A DNA stretch of 64,000 bases, taken from the NCBI GenBank assembly GCA_015489175.1, contig WGAI01000053.1, positions 9,519 through 73,518 on the forward strand. Direction: 5' to 3'. Positions within the stretch are counted from its first letter, which is position 1, and every line of letters begins with the position of its first letter. The position numbers and the translations under genes were made by a program. Below are positions 19,289 through 28,604 of the stretch, in pieces. The DNA is from a candidate division WOR-3 bacterium. GTDB taxonomy: Bacteria > Hydrothermota > Hydrothermia > B15-G9. The notes below the pieces were generated by a model that saw only the letters and a list, made by a program, of their open reading frames with translations, was not told the DNA's origin and did no database searches.

Positions 19289-19747
19289 CTAAGTTTTTAT
19301 GCCATTCAGAAGCTCGATCATGGTTTTTCCGAAAACAGGATGCACCAGATCGGGCGCAATCTCGCTCAACGGCTTCAGGACAAAATACCTATTGACCATA
19401 TCCGGATGCGGGATTTTGAGCCGTGGGGTATCGATCACGACGGAATTGTAAAGTAGTATGTCAAGGTCGATTGTTCGCGGTCCCCACCTGATGCTCCGTT
19501 TCCTGCCGAGCATATTTTCTATGAACTGCAAAGCGTTCAAAAGATGCAGTGGAGAGTAAAAGGTCTCAACATGAGTGACACAGTTGAGAAACAGTGGTTG
19601 TTCTGTGTATCCGTAAGGTTTTGTCTCGATTATGCTTGAGACCCGGATCACGGTTATGCCAAACTCACGCATAAGTTCGATACCTTTACGGATATAAGCC
19701 TCGCGGTCACCGAGATTGGAACCTATTCCGATGTAAACTTCTGCCAA
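19289..19747 (-). CDS. folK: 2-amino-4-hydroxy-6-hydroxymethyldihydropteridine diphosphokinase
   Basis: IGIGSNLGDR, RWGPRTIDLDIL and IPHP motifs. Confidence 0.97.
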   Translation of the reverse strand: MAEVYIGIGSNLGDREAYIRKGIELMREFGITVIRVSSIIETKPYGYTEQPLFLNCVTHVETFYSPLHLLNALQFIENMLGRKRSIRWGPRTIDLDILLYNSVVIDTPRLKIPHPDMVNRYFVLKPLSEIAPDLVHPVFGKTMIELLNGIKT

Positions 19748-20568
19748 TTTTTGATAGCCTCCACCATCTTAACAGCCATGACATTGGACTTAACATCGTG
19801 CACGCGAATGATATCAACCCCTTTCATGGCGCAATATGCCGAGATCGCTATCGTCCCCTCAAGTCGTTGTTCGGGCGGGACATTTCCGAGCACCATGCCT
19901 ATCATCGACTTCCGAGAAGCGCCGATGAGTATTGGCAACCCGAATTCATCTCGAAATCGCTCTATTTCGTTCAAAATCCTCAAGTTGTGCCACAGCTTTT
20001 TGCCAAACCCTATGCCCGGGTCGAGAATGATTTTGCTTCTGTCGATCCCATTCCCGACAGCATAATCTATCCGCCTGCGGAAATAGTCAGTTATCTCAGC
20101 AATCACATCCTCGTATTTCGGATTTACCTGCATGTCTTTAGGCGTCCCTTTTATGTGCATAATCACGCCATAACTTCCGAACTCGGCGACAACTTTGGCC
20201 ATTTCGGGGTCGAATTGCATGCCAGAAATATCGTTTACGATGTCAGCTCCTGCCTCAAGTGCCTGTCTTGCAACAGCTGACTTGTAGGTATCGACCGATA
20301 TCAGGATGTCTGGGAAGCGAACTCTTATCGCCTTCACGACAGGTACAACGCGTTGGAGCTCAACCTCAAGCGGCACAGGTTCAGCTCCGGGCCTCGTCGA
20401 CTCACCGCCGACATCGATGATGTCTGCCCCCTCAGAGATCATTTGTTCCACACGCTGTATCGCCATATCCATCGAGACATAACGCCCCCCGTCGTAAAAC
20501 GAGTCGGGAGTTACATTCAAAATGCCCATCACATAAGTTCTGTGTCCGAATTTCAGGTCACGGTCCAT
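19723..20568 (-). CDS. folP: Dihydropteroate synthase
   Basis: MGILNVTPDSFYDGG, GGESTRPG, DPGIGFGK, SRKS and IIRVHDV motifs. Confidence 0.98.
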   Translation of the reverse strand: MDRDLKFGHRTYVMGILNVTPDSFYDGGRYVSMDMAIQRVEQMISEGADIIDVGGESTRPGAEPVPLEVELQRVVPVVKAIRVRFPDILISVDTYKSAVARQALEAGADIVNDISGMQFDPEMAKVVAEFGSYGVIMHIKGTPKDMQVNPKYEDVIAEITDYFRRRIDYAVGNGIDRSKIILDPGIGFGKKLWHNLRILNEIERFRDEFGLPILIGASRKSMIGMVLGNVPPEQRLEGTIAISAYCAMKGVDIIRVHDVKSNVMAVKMVEAIKNWQKFTSE

Positions 20569-20700
20569 ATTCACCTCCCTGCCATATTATCGTTTCGGGA
20601 TGTCTAATTGCAAAATGCAAAAATGCAGCAAAGAACTTACTTCCAACTAAATAATTTGCATCCAAGGTGTTAAAGTATTAAAATTCTGTCATATTTGTCT

Positions 20701-20717
20701 CTGGCATGAAATTTGAC
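20701..20717 (+). promoter_or_regulatory. Possible sigma54-type promoter (CTGGCATGAAATTTGAC)
   Basis: Matches TGGCA-N6-TTG but has GA instead of GC at -12; upstream of the pilin gene. Confidence 0.35.
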
Positions 20718-20750
20718 ATTATAAACCAACCGCCCGAAGGAGGAATCACA

Positions 20751-21269
20751 ATGATTAGAAAGTGGAAGATAGGATTTACTTTGATAGAGTTAATGATGGT
20801 TATGGTTTTAATCGGCATTCTTGCTGTGATAGGGTTGCACCAATTCAAGATTTTCAGATACAAATCCCACAGAACAGAAGCACTTACCAATCTCGACGGA
20901 ATAAGGGTGCATGAACTTACTTTCATGGCAGAAGAGGGATATTTTTTGACAAGCTCATGGTGTCCAGATACAACACCCGGTCCCATTCCCCACAAATGGA
21001 CATCGGGAACCAACTTCGACAAACTGGGGTTTAGTCCACAGGGCAACCCCTATTATGTTTATGGAGTAGGCGGTTATCCAGATGAAGGTGTTGATGATCC
21101 TTACTGGATAGACAACCCCATAGATAGCATAGCTGTTGCACATGACGGAAAACACAACATCGCTATGGAAGCGCGAGGTGACATAGACGGCAACGGCGTA
21201 GAAAATAAAATGTTATTAACGGAAGAGCCACCTGGCGAAGTTAAGAATCTTAATCCTACAGAATTTTAA
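20751..21269 (+). CDS. Type IV pilin-like protein
   Basis: Class III signal peptide G|FTLIELMMVMVLIGILA; AGGAGG SD; visibly AT-richer than its neighbours. Confidence 0.9.
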   Translation: MIRKWKIGFTLIELMMVMVLIGILAVIGLHQFKIFRYKSHRTEALTNLDGIRVHELTFMAEEGYFLTSSWCPDTTPGPIPHKWTSGTNFDKLGFSPQGNPYYVYGVGGYPDEGVDDPYWIDNPIDSIAVAHDGKHNIAMEARGDIDGNGVENKMLLTEEPPGEVKNLNPTEF

Positions 21270-21273
21270 GAAT

Positions 21274-22473
21274 TTAGTCTTCTGGAGAAATGTTCTTGGG
21301 CTTTATTTCCCCCGCTTTTGTAAGTGCGAATTTCGTGAGGATTGGGCCTATTAATTCATAGACCACTGTTGTTGCTACGATCGTGTCGAAAATTGTCCCA
21401 CCAAACTCAGGGAAGTCAGCTTTGGCTATCAAAGCTACTCCAAGAGCGACACCTGCTTGAGGCACAAGCGCAAACCCCATGTATTTTCTGACATTAGCCG
21501 GCGCGCCGGACAGTAGCCCGCCGATAGCTGCACCAACGGCTTTTCCCGTGACCCTCGCCACAAGGTAGGTAAGCCCTATGAGTCCTATATGTTTTAGAGA
21601 GGCCAGTTCGAGGTTCGCGCCTGCAAGCACAAAAAACAGCAGGTAAAGTGGCGATTCTATCGACCTTATGGACTCGAAATAGCGCTGACTGGTGCCTTTC
21701 ATATTGACAAGTGTGGCTCCAAGCGCCATCGACGATAGGAGAATGGAAAATTTCAGGTGAATCGCAAGACCTATCACTGTGAGGATAAACCCGAGTGTGT
21801 AAATCTGGGCACCAACAGCAGATTTCACGCTTGAGGAAAGTTTGTTGAAAATGACTCCCGCAACCGTTCCAAGTGCAAGTGCTCCGAATATCTCGATTAT
21901 AGCCTTCAACAAGGATGTCAGCAGGAACGAGCCGCCGACATGAGCCGCGAGTGCACGCGCAGCAGCAAGTGATATCGAAAATATCATTAAACACCATGCA
22001 TCATCGATGGCCACCACTCCCAACAGGATATTCGTGAAAACCCCTTTCGCGCGGTATTCTCTTATCACCATAACGGTGGCAGCTGGAGCTGTGGCTGACG
22101 CAATTGCTCCAAACAAAAGGGAAATGTAGAGTTCCTTTCCCAACAGAAAATGAAACACAAGCGTTACGGTTATCCATGCACCCGCTGCTTCCATTATCGA
22201 AATCAGAATGATGGACCTGCCAAGTTTCCTGAACCTCTCCATCGAGAAGTTTTGACCTATGGCAAACGCAATCAGCCCAAGCACGAGGTTTGAGATGAAA
22301 CTTGACGCAGAGAGGATGTGCGGTGAAACCAGGTTCAGGATCTCTTCGCCTATGATGATACCAAGAAGCAAATCCCCTGTAACGGTGGGGATTTTCAGGA
22401 CATTTATGAGTTTCAGAACTCCATAACCTGAGAGAAAGATTATTCCCAGACTAAGAATAGGATCTAAGTGCAA
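21274..22473 (-). CDS. Cation:proton antiporter (CPA2/Kef-like)
   Basis: About 12 TMs; ATAPAAT, VAIDDA and PQAGVALG motifs. Confidence 0.9.
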   Translation of the reverse strand: MHLDPILSLGIIFLSGYGVLKLINVLKIPTVTGDLLLGIIIGEEILNLVSPHILSASSFISNLVLGLIAFAIGQNFSMERFRKLGRSIILISIMEAAGAWITVTLVFHFLLGKELYISLLFGAIASATAPAATVMVIREYRAKGVFTNILLGVVAIDDAWCLMIFSISLAAARALAAHVGGSFLLTSLLKAIIEIFGALALGTVAGVIFNKLSSSVKSAVGAQIYTLGFILTVIGLAIHLKFSILLSSMALGATLVNMKGTSQRYFESIRSIESPLYLLFFVLAGANLELASLKHIGLIGLTYLVARVTGKAVGAAIGGLLSGAPANVRKYMGFALVPQAGVALGVALIAKADFPEFGGTIFDTIVATTVVYELIGPILTKFALTKAGEIKPKNISPED

Positions 22474-22474
22474 T

Positions 22475-22945
22475 TTAGAATATCCCCTTTTCCTTGAACA
22501 CCTGCAAAACTATGTCAAAGATACCGAGCATACCGACCAACTTGCCATCCTCATCGATCACAGGGAGTTGCTGAACCTTATGCATTCTAATAAGCTGGTA
22601 AGCCTTTTCAATGCTGTCATCCTGTTTCAAAGCGATGAAATTGTGATCCATGATGTCTTCAACAACGATCAGACTGCCCATCTCGGGCGCAAGGTCAACC
22701 GAGAAGATGTCTTCCTCCCAGAACTCATCCATGAATGGTGCCATTTTTATGATCTCAGGGTTGTAAGGTAGAAAAACATCGATAATGTTCTGAAGTCTCA
22801 CCATCCCTACGAGCTTCTGTCCGTTATCGACGACCGGCACGAGAGGAAAGGTATGGAAGGTGGAAAATCTATTCAAAAGCTCTCTTAGCGGTGTATCCAC
22901 TGTTACATAAATCACATTTGTGAACATCAGTTCCTGAACCTTCAT
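22475..22945 (-). CDS. CBS-pair protein
   Basis: Two CBS motifs (VPVVD..KLVG; LPVID..GKLVG). Confidence 0.9.
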   Translation of the reverse strand: MKVQELMFTNVIYVTVDTPLRELLNRFSTFHTFPLVPVVDNGQKLVGMVRLQNIIDVFLPYNPEIIKMAPFMDEFWEEDIFSVDLAPEMGSLIVVEDIMDHNFIALKQDDSIEKAYQLIRMHKVQQLPVIDEDGKLVGMLGIFDIVLQVFKEKGIF

Positions 22946-23088
22946 CTCTTCACCTCGCTTTTTCCCGATTTTATTTTAAATTTACAGAAACAGACATGGT
23001 TAATCAAACATGAAGAGAAATCCTTTTTTAAAATTTAAAACCCCTGTCGGGGCACTTAAGAGTACCCTAATCAACAGGAGATGAAAAA

Positions 23089-23398
23089 ATGAACATCACA
23101 ATGTCCTTCAATGAGGAAATTAAACAAGGTATCCGGAAGAAGTGAGGAAATACATTTGCACTACGAATGTAGTGGAGAGCATAAATGCCGGGCTTGAGCT
23201 GATGAGGATGGAGTTTGGCGGCTACTTTCCCTCGATGAAGTAATCTTTTGTTCAGCTAAGCAATTTAAACGACCTATGCATGCGTAATCCCGCTCCGAAG
23301 ATAAGAGCAAATATTTATCGGATACACCAGTTAATGAACATAAAAATTTGGGGTTGAGGAACAAGATGAATGATTACACAATTTTTCGCTATACCCCC
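23089..23398 (+). mobile_element. IS256-family transposase remnant (internally deleted, with stop and frameshifts) and right terminal IR-like end
   Basis: From 23130: YPEEVRKYICTTNVVESINAG...GGYFPSMK*SFVQLSNLND..., the IS256 'YP..RK..TTN..E..N' signature. The final TGA is followed directly by TTACACAATTTTTCGCTATACCCC (23374-23397). Confidence 0.8.
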
Positions 23399-23446
23399 AC
23401 CCACGGCAAGTGGACAATTGGAAACATCTCCAACAAAATTTGTGGG

Positions 23447-24244
23447 ATGTTAAGTACATTGATTTTGCAATACCACAAGGTCACCAACCGATTTGAGGTC
23501 GGCGGAACCCATGTCACAGTCAAACAATTCAGAAATCATGTGAATCAGATTAAATCATTGGGCTACAAGCAGCTTGATGTTGAGTTACTTAAATCAGGCG
23601 AGATGCCGAATGAGCCTTCGGTTCTGTTTACATTTGACGATGGGTTCGAATGCATATACTTCAACGCGTTTCCCATACTTGAAGAAGCCGGCTATGTGGG
23701 GATAGTTTTCCCGGTGGCGCGCTACATTGGGAAAACCAACGATTGGGACGCATCTTTCGGCATAAGGTTCAGGCAGATGGACTCACATCAGCTTCGTGAG
23801 TTGGTCGATGCAGGCTGGTGGGTTGGTTCTCACACCATGACACATCCCGACCTAAGAAAATTGGACGATAAACGGCTGATGAATGAGCTTGAAGGCTCGA
23901 GGAAGCTTCTGGAGGACATCATAGGCAAATCGGTGACATCCATCGCGTATCCTTTCGGGACTTACAACAGACGAGTCGTCGAATTTGCTATCAAATACGG
24001 GTATCAGCTCGGCTTTACATCGAGGAGGACGCTGAGGTTGCAACTGGACGACCCCATGCAAATTGAACGGCAAGGCGTCTATCTCATCGACCTGTCATTG
24101 ATGCCCAAGATTGACACATCATCGCCGATCTTCATGATGGAATCCGTCAAGCAGATAACCATCAACCAGTTCGCAAGATTGAGCTCACTTGCAAGACACG
24201 ACATACCGATAATCAGACACATTTCCGGAATGAAAGTCGAGTGA
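23447..24244 (+). CDS. Polysaccharide deacetylase (NodB/CE4 family)
   Basis: YHKV, TFDDG, GSHTMTHPDL and AYPFG motifs; start set at ATG 23447, downstream of the IS relic. Confidence 0.9.
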   Translation: MLSTLILQYHKVTNRFEVGGTHVTVKQFRNHVNQIKSLGYKQLDVELLKSGEMPNEPSVLFTFDDGFECIYFNAFPILEEAGYVGIVFPVARYIGKTNDWDASFGIRFRQMDSHQLRELVDAGWWVGSHTMTHPDLRKLDDKRLMNELEGSRKLLEDIIGKSVTSIAYPFGTYNRRVVEFAIKYGYQLGFTSRRTLRLQLDDPMQIERQGVYLIDLSLMPKIDTSSPIFMMESVKQITINQFARLSSLARHDIPIIRHISGMKVE

Positions 24245-24409
24245 TTGAGCTCTATCAGAGTGAGAAGGAGAACCATCCGTCACAATGCCCCCTGAAATAC
24301 GCTATTACCTTTTAAATCAGCCACTTGTGCCACACCAACCGAGCTTGACCCTGTAACTTCAAATCGTTTAGAATTCGACCCTCAAATCCCTCAAAAAGGA
24401 GAAAAGGCA

Positions 24410-25738
24410 ATGGAAAGACCCGAAATCAGGACAGAACTTCCAGGCCCAAAGGCTCAGGAGTGGCTGAAAAAGGACAAGCTGTTCATATCTCAATCCTACC
24501 CAAGAAGTTATCCGGCAGTCATAGAGAAAGGCGAAGGCGTCTGGGTTTGGGATGTGGACGGTAACAAATTCCTGGATGTCAACGCCGGCATAGCCGTCTG
24601 CGCGGTGGGACACTGTCATCCTGAGGTAGTTGCGGCGATCAAGGAGCAAGCGGACAAGTTGATTCACATGTCTGGCACAGATTTCTATTACCCCTATCAG
24701 GTTCAGATAGCCGAAAAGCTTGCTGAAATCGTGCCCGGCGCACAGAACAAGCGCGCATTCCTCACCAACTCAGGCACAGAAGCCAACGAAGCTGCGATGA
24801 AGCTTGCGCGTTATAAAACCAGAAGGCCGTTTTTCCTCGCATTTACGGGGGCGTTTCACGGTAGAACTTACGGAACGATGTCGCTCTCGGCATCGAAGTA
24901 TGTCCACAAGAGCCATTTCGGGCCGTTCGTGCCACATGTGATACATGTCCCATTCCCCGATCCGTATCGCACGCCGTTTGGCGTCAAAAAGGAAGAAGTG
25001 GTCGATGCCGTCCTCTCTTACATTGAAGATGTCGTGTTTCACAAACTTGTCGATCCTGAGGATGTCGCAGCGGTCTTCTACGAACCCATACAGGGCGAGG
25101 GAGGCTATGTCGTGCCTCCAAAGGATTTTTACGGCAAATTGAAGGAGCTCACCGACAGGTATGGCATCCTCACGGTGGTGGACGAGATCCAATCCGGTAT
25201 GGGGCGCACAGGCCGCATGTTCGCCATCGAGCATTTCAATGTCATACCTGATATTGTGACAATCGCGAAAGGCATAGCATCAGGGTTGCCTCTTGGCGCA
25301 ATGGTGGCACCAAGATCGCTCATGGACTGGGAAGTTGGAACCCATGCAAACACATTCGGCGGCAACCCCATAGCGTGCATGGCAGCGCTCAAAACGATCG
25401 AAATTCTTGAGCGTGAGGCAATTGAAAACGCCGAGAAGATGGGCGAGTTCCTGCTTGGGGAGCTGAAAAAGGTTCAGGAGCGCTATCCTGAGGTCATCGG
25501 CGATGTGCGCGGGATAGGGCTGATGATAGGTGTCGATTTCGTCAAGGACAGGGAGACGAAGGAGCCAGATGGCAAACTCAGGGACAAAGTCGTTTATGAG
25601 GCGTTCAAGAGGGGACTTCTGATGCTTGGCGCTGGTGATTCTGTCATCAGATGGGCACCTCCTCTCATTATCACAAAGGAGCAGTTGACCGTCGCCCTTG
25701 AGATCTTCGACGAGGCGATAGGTGCCGCTCTCGGTTGA
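24410..25738 (+). CDS. Class III PLP aminotransferase (4-aminobutyrate/ornithine aminotransferase-like)
   Basis: NSGTEANE, AFHGRT, EPIQGEGG, DEIQSGMGRTG, AKGIASG and TFGGNP motifs; TTGACC-18-TAGAAT promoter at 24345-24374. Confidence 0.93.
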   Translation: MERPEIRTELPGPKAQEWLKKDKLFISQSYPRSYPAVIEKGEGVWVWDVDGNKFLDVNAGIAVCAVGHCHPEVVAAIKEQADKLIHMSGTDFYYPYQVQIAEKLAEIVPGAQNKRAFLTNSGTEANEAAMKLARYKTRRPFFLAFTGAFHGRTYGTMSLSASKYVHKSHFGPFVPHVIHVPFPDPYRTPFGVKKEEVVDAVLSYIEDVVFHKLVDPEDVAAVFYEPIQGEGGYVVPPKDFYGKLKELTDRYGILTVVDEIQSGMGRTGRMFAIEHFNVIPDIVTIAKGIASGLPLGAMVAPRSLMDWEVGTHANTFGGNPIACMAALKTIEILEREAIENAEKMGEFLLGELKKVQERYPEVIGDVRGIGLMIGVDFVKDRETKEPDGKLRDKVVYEAFKRGLLMLGAGDSVIRWAPPLIITKEQLTVALEIFDEAIGAALG

Positions 25739-25752
25739 TATGCTCAATGCAT

Positions 25753-25778
25753 AGAGGTGGGCGTAAGCCCGCCTCTTT
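25753..25778 (+). terminator. Intergenic stem-loop (GTAA loop, short U run)
   Basis: AGAGGTGGGC-GTAA-GCCCGCCTCT-TT. Confidence 0.5.
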
Positions 25779-25794
25779 GATCCGGGAGAAAGAT

Positions 25795-26772
25795 ATGAAG
25801 GTATTTGTAACAAGGCCAATTCCAGAAGTCGGGCTCAGAATTCTGAAAGAAGCCGGTCTTGAGGTAGTCGTCAGGGAAAGCGACCTGCCCCCGTCAGAGG
25901 AGGAGCTTATCGAAGGCGTGAGAGACGCCAATGCGTTGCTCTGCCTCCTGACCGATAAAGTCACGGAGAGGGTGATCGAAAGCGGCAAGAAGCTCAGGAT
26001 CATCTCGAACTACGCCGTCGGATACGACAACATCGATGTTGAGGCGGCATCCAGACACGGGATAATCGTCACCAACACGCCCGGCGTCCTGACCGATGCC
26101 ACAGCCGAGCTTGCATGGGCGCTCCTGTTCGCAGTGGCACGCAGAATTGTTGAGGCAGACAGGTTCGCACGCATGGGGAAGTTCAAAGGCTGGCATCCTA
26201 CACTCCTGCTCGGTTTTGAACTTAAGGGGAAAACGCTCGGAATTATTGGTGCAGGCAGAATTGGCACGGCTATGGCATTGAAATCAATGGGATTCGAGAT
26301 GCGGATCATCTATTTCTCAAGACACCACAACGAAACGCTTGAGAAGAAAGTTGGAGCTCAAAAGGTAGCGTTGGATGAGCTTCTCAGTTCGTCGGATTTC
26401 ATCTCAATCCATGTGCCGCTGACTGATGAAACATACCATCTCATAGGTAAAAGGGAGATAGAACTGATGAAACCGACTGCCATCCTGATCAACACATCTC
26501 GCGGTGCCGTCATAGACGAAAAGGCTCTCATCGAGGCGTTGAAGGAAGGGAAAATTGCGGGTGCCGGCCTCGATGTGTTTGAAAACGAGCCTCATATCCC
26601 TGAAGCACTCAGGAAGATGGACAATGTGGTCATCACGCCCCACATCGGGAGTGCGACCTACAGGGCCAGGGAGGAAATGGCGGTCATGGCCGCCAGAGCC
26701 ATCGTCGATGTGCTCAACAACCGCATTCCTCAACACATCGTCAATGAAAAGGACATTCTGGAGTGTTGTTGA
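25795..26772 (+). CDS. gyaR: Glyoxylate reductase / D-2-hydroxyacid dehydrogenase
   Basis: MKVFVTR, YAVGYDNID, GIIGAGRIG, INTSRG, LDVFENEP and PHIGSA motifs. Confidence 0.85.
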   Translation: MKVFVTRPIPEVGLRILKEAGLEVVVRESDLPPSEEELIEGVRDANALLCLLTDKVTERVIESGKKLRIISNYAVGYDNIDVEAASRHGIIVTNTPGVLTDATAELAWALLFAVARRIVEADRFARMGKFKGWHPTLLLGFELKGKTLGIIGAGRIGTAMALKSMGFEMRIIYFSRHHNETLEKKVGAQKVALDELLSSSDFISIHVPLTDETYHLIGKREIELMKPTAILINTSRGAVIDEKALIEALKEGKIAGAGLDVFENEPHIPEALRKMDNVVITPHIGSATYRAREEMAVMAARAIVDVLNNRIPQHIVNEKDILECC

Positions 26773-26774
26773 GC

Positions 26775-28604
26775 TCAAGCCCTGACCCTCCTGCTGAGGA
26801 GCAGAATGTCTCTTAGATCTTCCACATCCCGTGCGTTAAGCCAGATATCTTCAAAATTCGGATTCCCGACGATCTGCGCTATCGCGGCAAGCGCTTGAAG
26901 GTGGAACTGCCGCTCGTCGCGCGTGCCTACCAGAAAGAAGATGGCCTTAACCTCAGGCGCTGTTTCTGAGAAATAGACGCCATTCAGCGCTCGGACGACC
27001 ACCATGCTAAACTTCTTTTCTCCGTCGATCACAACATGGGGTATAGCTATGAACGGGGTTATGGCCGTGCTGCTCTCCTTCTCCCTTTTCTCAAGCATGC
27101 GAAACAGTTCATCGAAATCCAAGCCTGACTCCAATGCCATCTCAGCTGCCACCCTTCGGAAAAGCTCCAGCTTGCTAATTTTCCCTTTGATGTCCAGTAT
27201 CTTCGATTTCTTCACCAACCTATCAAACCTGTCTTCAACGATTTCGTCCCGCTCGATGATTATCTCCATGAGCTCGTTCTCAAGCGTCCTCACAGCTATC
27301 TTCTTGTCCGTTATTCTGGCTATTAGGTGCAGAAGTGCGAACTCACGCTTGTGCTTTCCACCGTATTTCATGTAAAACACGAGGCCAAGTGCACCTATGC
27401 CGATAGTTATCAAGATAGATTCGAGCCCCATCTCAATGACCATGGTCAAATATCCGGCCAGCCCAATAATTTGTATGTATGGGAACAGCGGAGCCCGGAA
27501 TTGAGGCCGATAGTTGGTTATTCCACTGAACCTCATTATCAAAAGGGACAGGCACGCAAAAGCATACGAAAGGATGAGCACAGACGACGCAGCTTTGACA
27601 AAGGGCTTGAGCGGCATCAGCAATGAGCCCAGGATAAGTGCACCGGTCAGGAGAACAGACACAAACGGCACGCCAAAACGGTTGAGTCTCCCGATAACTG
27701 TCGGAAGGAGGCCGTCCCTGCTCAAGGCAAACGGGTATCGTGCGGCCGCCATGATGCCTGCGTTGGCAGTGGAGACGAAAGCCAGAACTGCGGCGACACC
27801 TATCAGTTTTTGCCCCAGGCTACCGAGCACCACAGCCGCCCCATCGGTTATGGGCGTCAACGAATTGGCGAGTTTGTCACCTAACACTCCCACGGTCGTC
27901 AAAATCACAAGGAAATACAGCGAGACCACTACAAAGAAGGAGATAAACATGCCCAGAGGTATGTTTTTGCCCGGATTTTTCACCTCCTCGGCTACACTGG
28001 CAACCTTGAGGAGGCCGCCATAGGATATGAACACCATGCCAGCCGTAGAGATGATGCCTTTCAGTCCATCAAAGGCGAACGGCTCAAAATTTGTCACACG
28101 CACATCCTGAATCCCTTCAAAGATGTAAAGCAGTAGTAGGCCCAGCATTGAGACGACGAGTATCTTCTGAATGAGACTTGCCTCTTTAGCGCCCAGTATG
28201 TTCAACGCCACAAAAACGGCGGTCAGAGCGATAGCCGCAACATGCATGTTTATAGGGACAATGAGCTCGAGAAATGTGGCCATGCCGATAAGTGCGAATG
28301 CGCTTTTGAACGAAAGGGACGCCCATGTCAACAATCCGCTGACGGTGCCGGCAGCAGGCCCAAGCGTCCTCGTGACATAGAAATAGTCACCACCCGCCCT
28401 CGGCATAGCCGAAATCAATTCCGCCTGACTCAACATGCCTGCTACAGCTAACAGTCCCGCAAAAAAGTAAGACAGGAAAACAGATGGCCCTGCTCTGGCA
28501 TACGCCATCCCCGGCAGGATGAACAGCCCAGAGCTTATCATCGCGCCTGTGGCTATGGCAAAGACACTCCAGAGTCCCAATTCCCTTTTGAGCTTATTTT
28601 TCAT
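26775..28604 (-). CDS. APC-family amino acid permease fused to a PTS EIIA (Fru/Ntr-type) domain
   Basis: GAMISSGLF and AEEVKNP in a 12-TM body; C-terminal RE..SSTAI...IAIPH EIIA motif. Confidence 0.9.
   Translation of the reverse strand: MKNKLKRELGLWSVFAIATGAMISSGLFILPGMAYARAGPSVFLSYFFAGLLAVAGMLSQAELISAMPRAGGDYFYVTRTLGPAAGTVSGLLTWASLSFKSAFALIGMATFLELIVPINMHVAAIALTAVFVALNILGAKEASLIQKILVVSMLGLLLLYIFEGIQDVRVTNFEPFAFDGLKGIISTAGMVFISYGGLLKVASVAEEVKNPGKNIPLGMFISFFVVVSLYFLVILTTVGVLGDKLANSLTPITDGAAVVLGSLGQKLIGVAAVLAFVSTANAGIMAAARYPFALSRDGLLPTVIGRLNRFGVPFVSVLLTGALILGSLLMPLKPFVKAASSVLILSYAFACLSLLIMRFSGITNYRPQFRAPLFPYIQIIGLAGYLTMVIEMGLESILITIGIGALGLVFYMKYGGKHKREFALLHLIARITDKKIAVRTLENELMEIIIERDEIVEDRFDRLVKKSKILDIKGKISKLELFRRVAAEMALESGLDFDELFRMLEKREKESSTAITPFIAIPHVVIDGEKKFSMVVVRALNGVYFSETAPEVKAIFFLVGTRDERQFHLQALAAIAQIVGNPNFEDIWLNARDVEDLRDILLLSRRVRA

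Noticed and set aside
23348..23446. Extended start of the polysaccharide deacetylase
   Set aside because: It spans the IS256 end and the promoter; the domain begins at ATG 23447.
26764..26790. gyaR ending Cys-Cys-TGA as possible selenocysteine readthrough
   Set aside because: The enzyme domain is complete, no SECIS-like hairpin is evident, and the convergent gene's stop lies 2 nt away.
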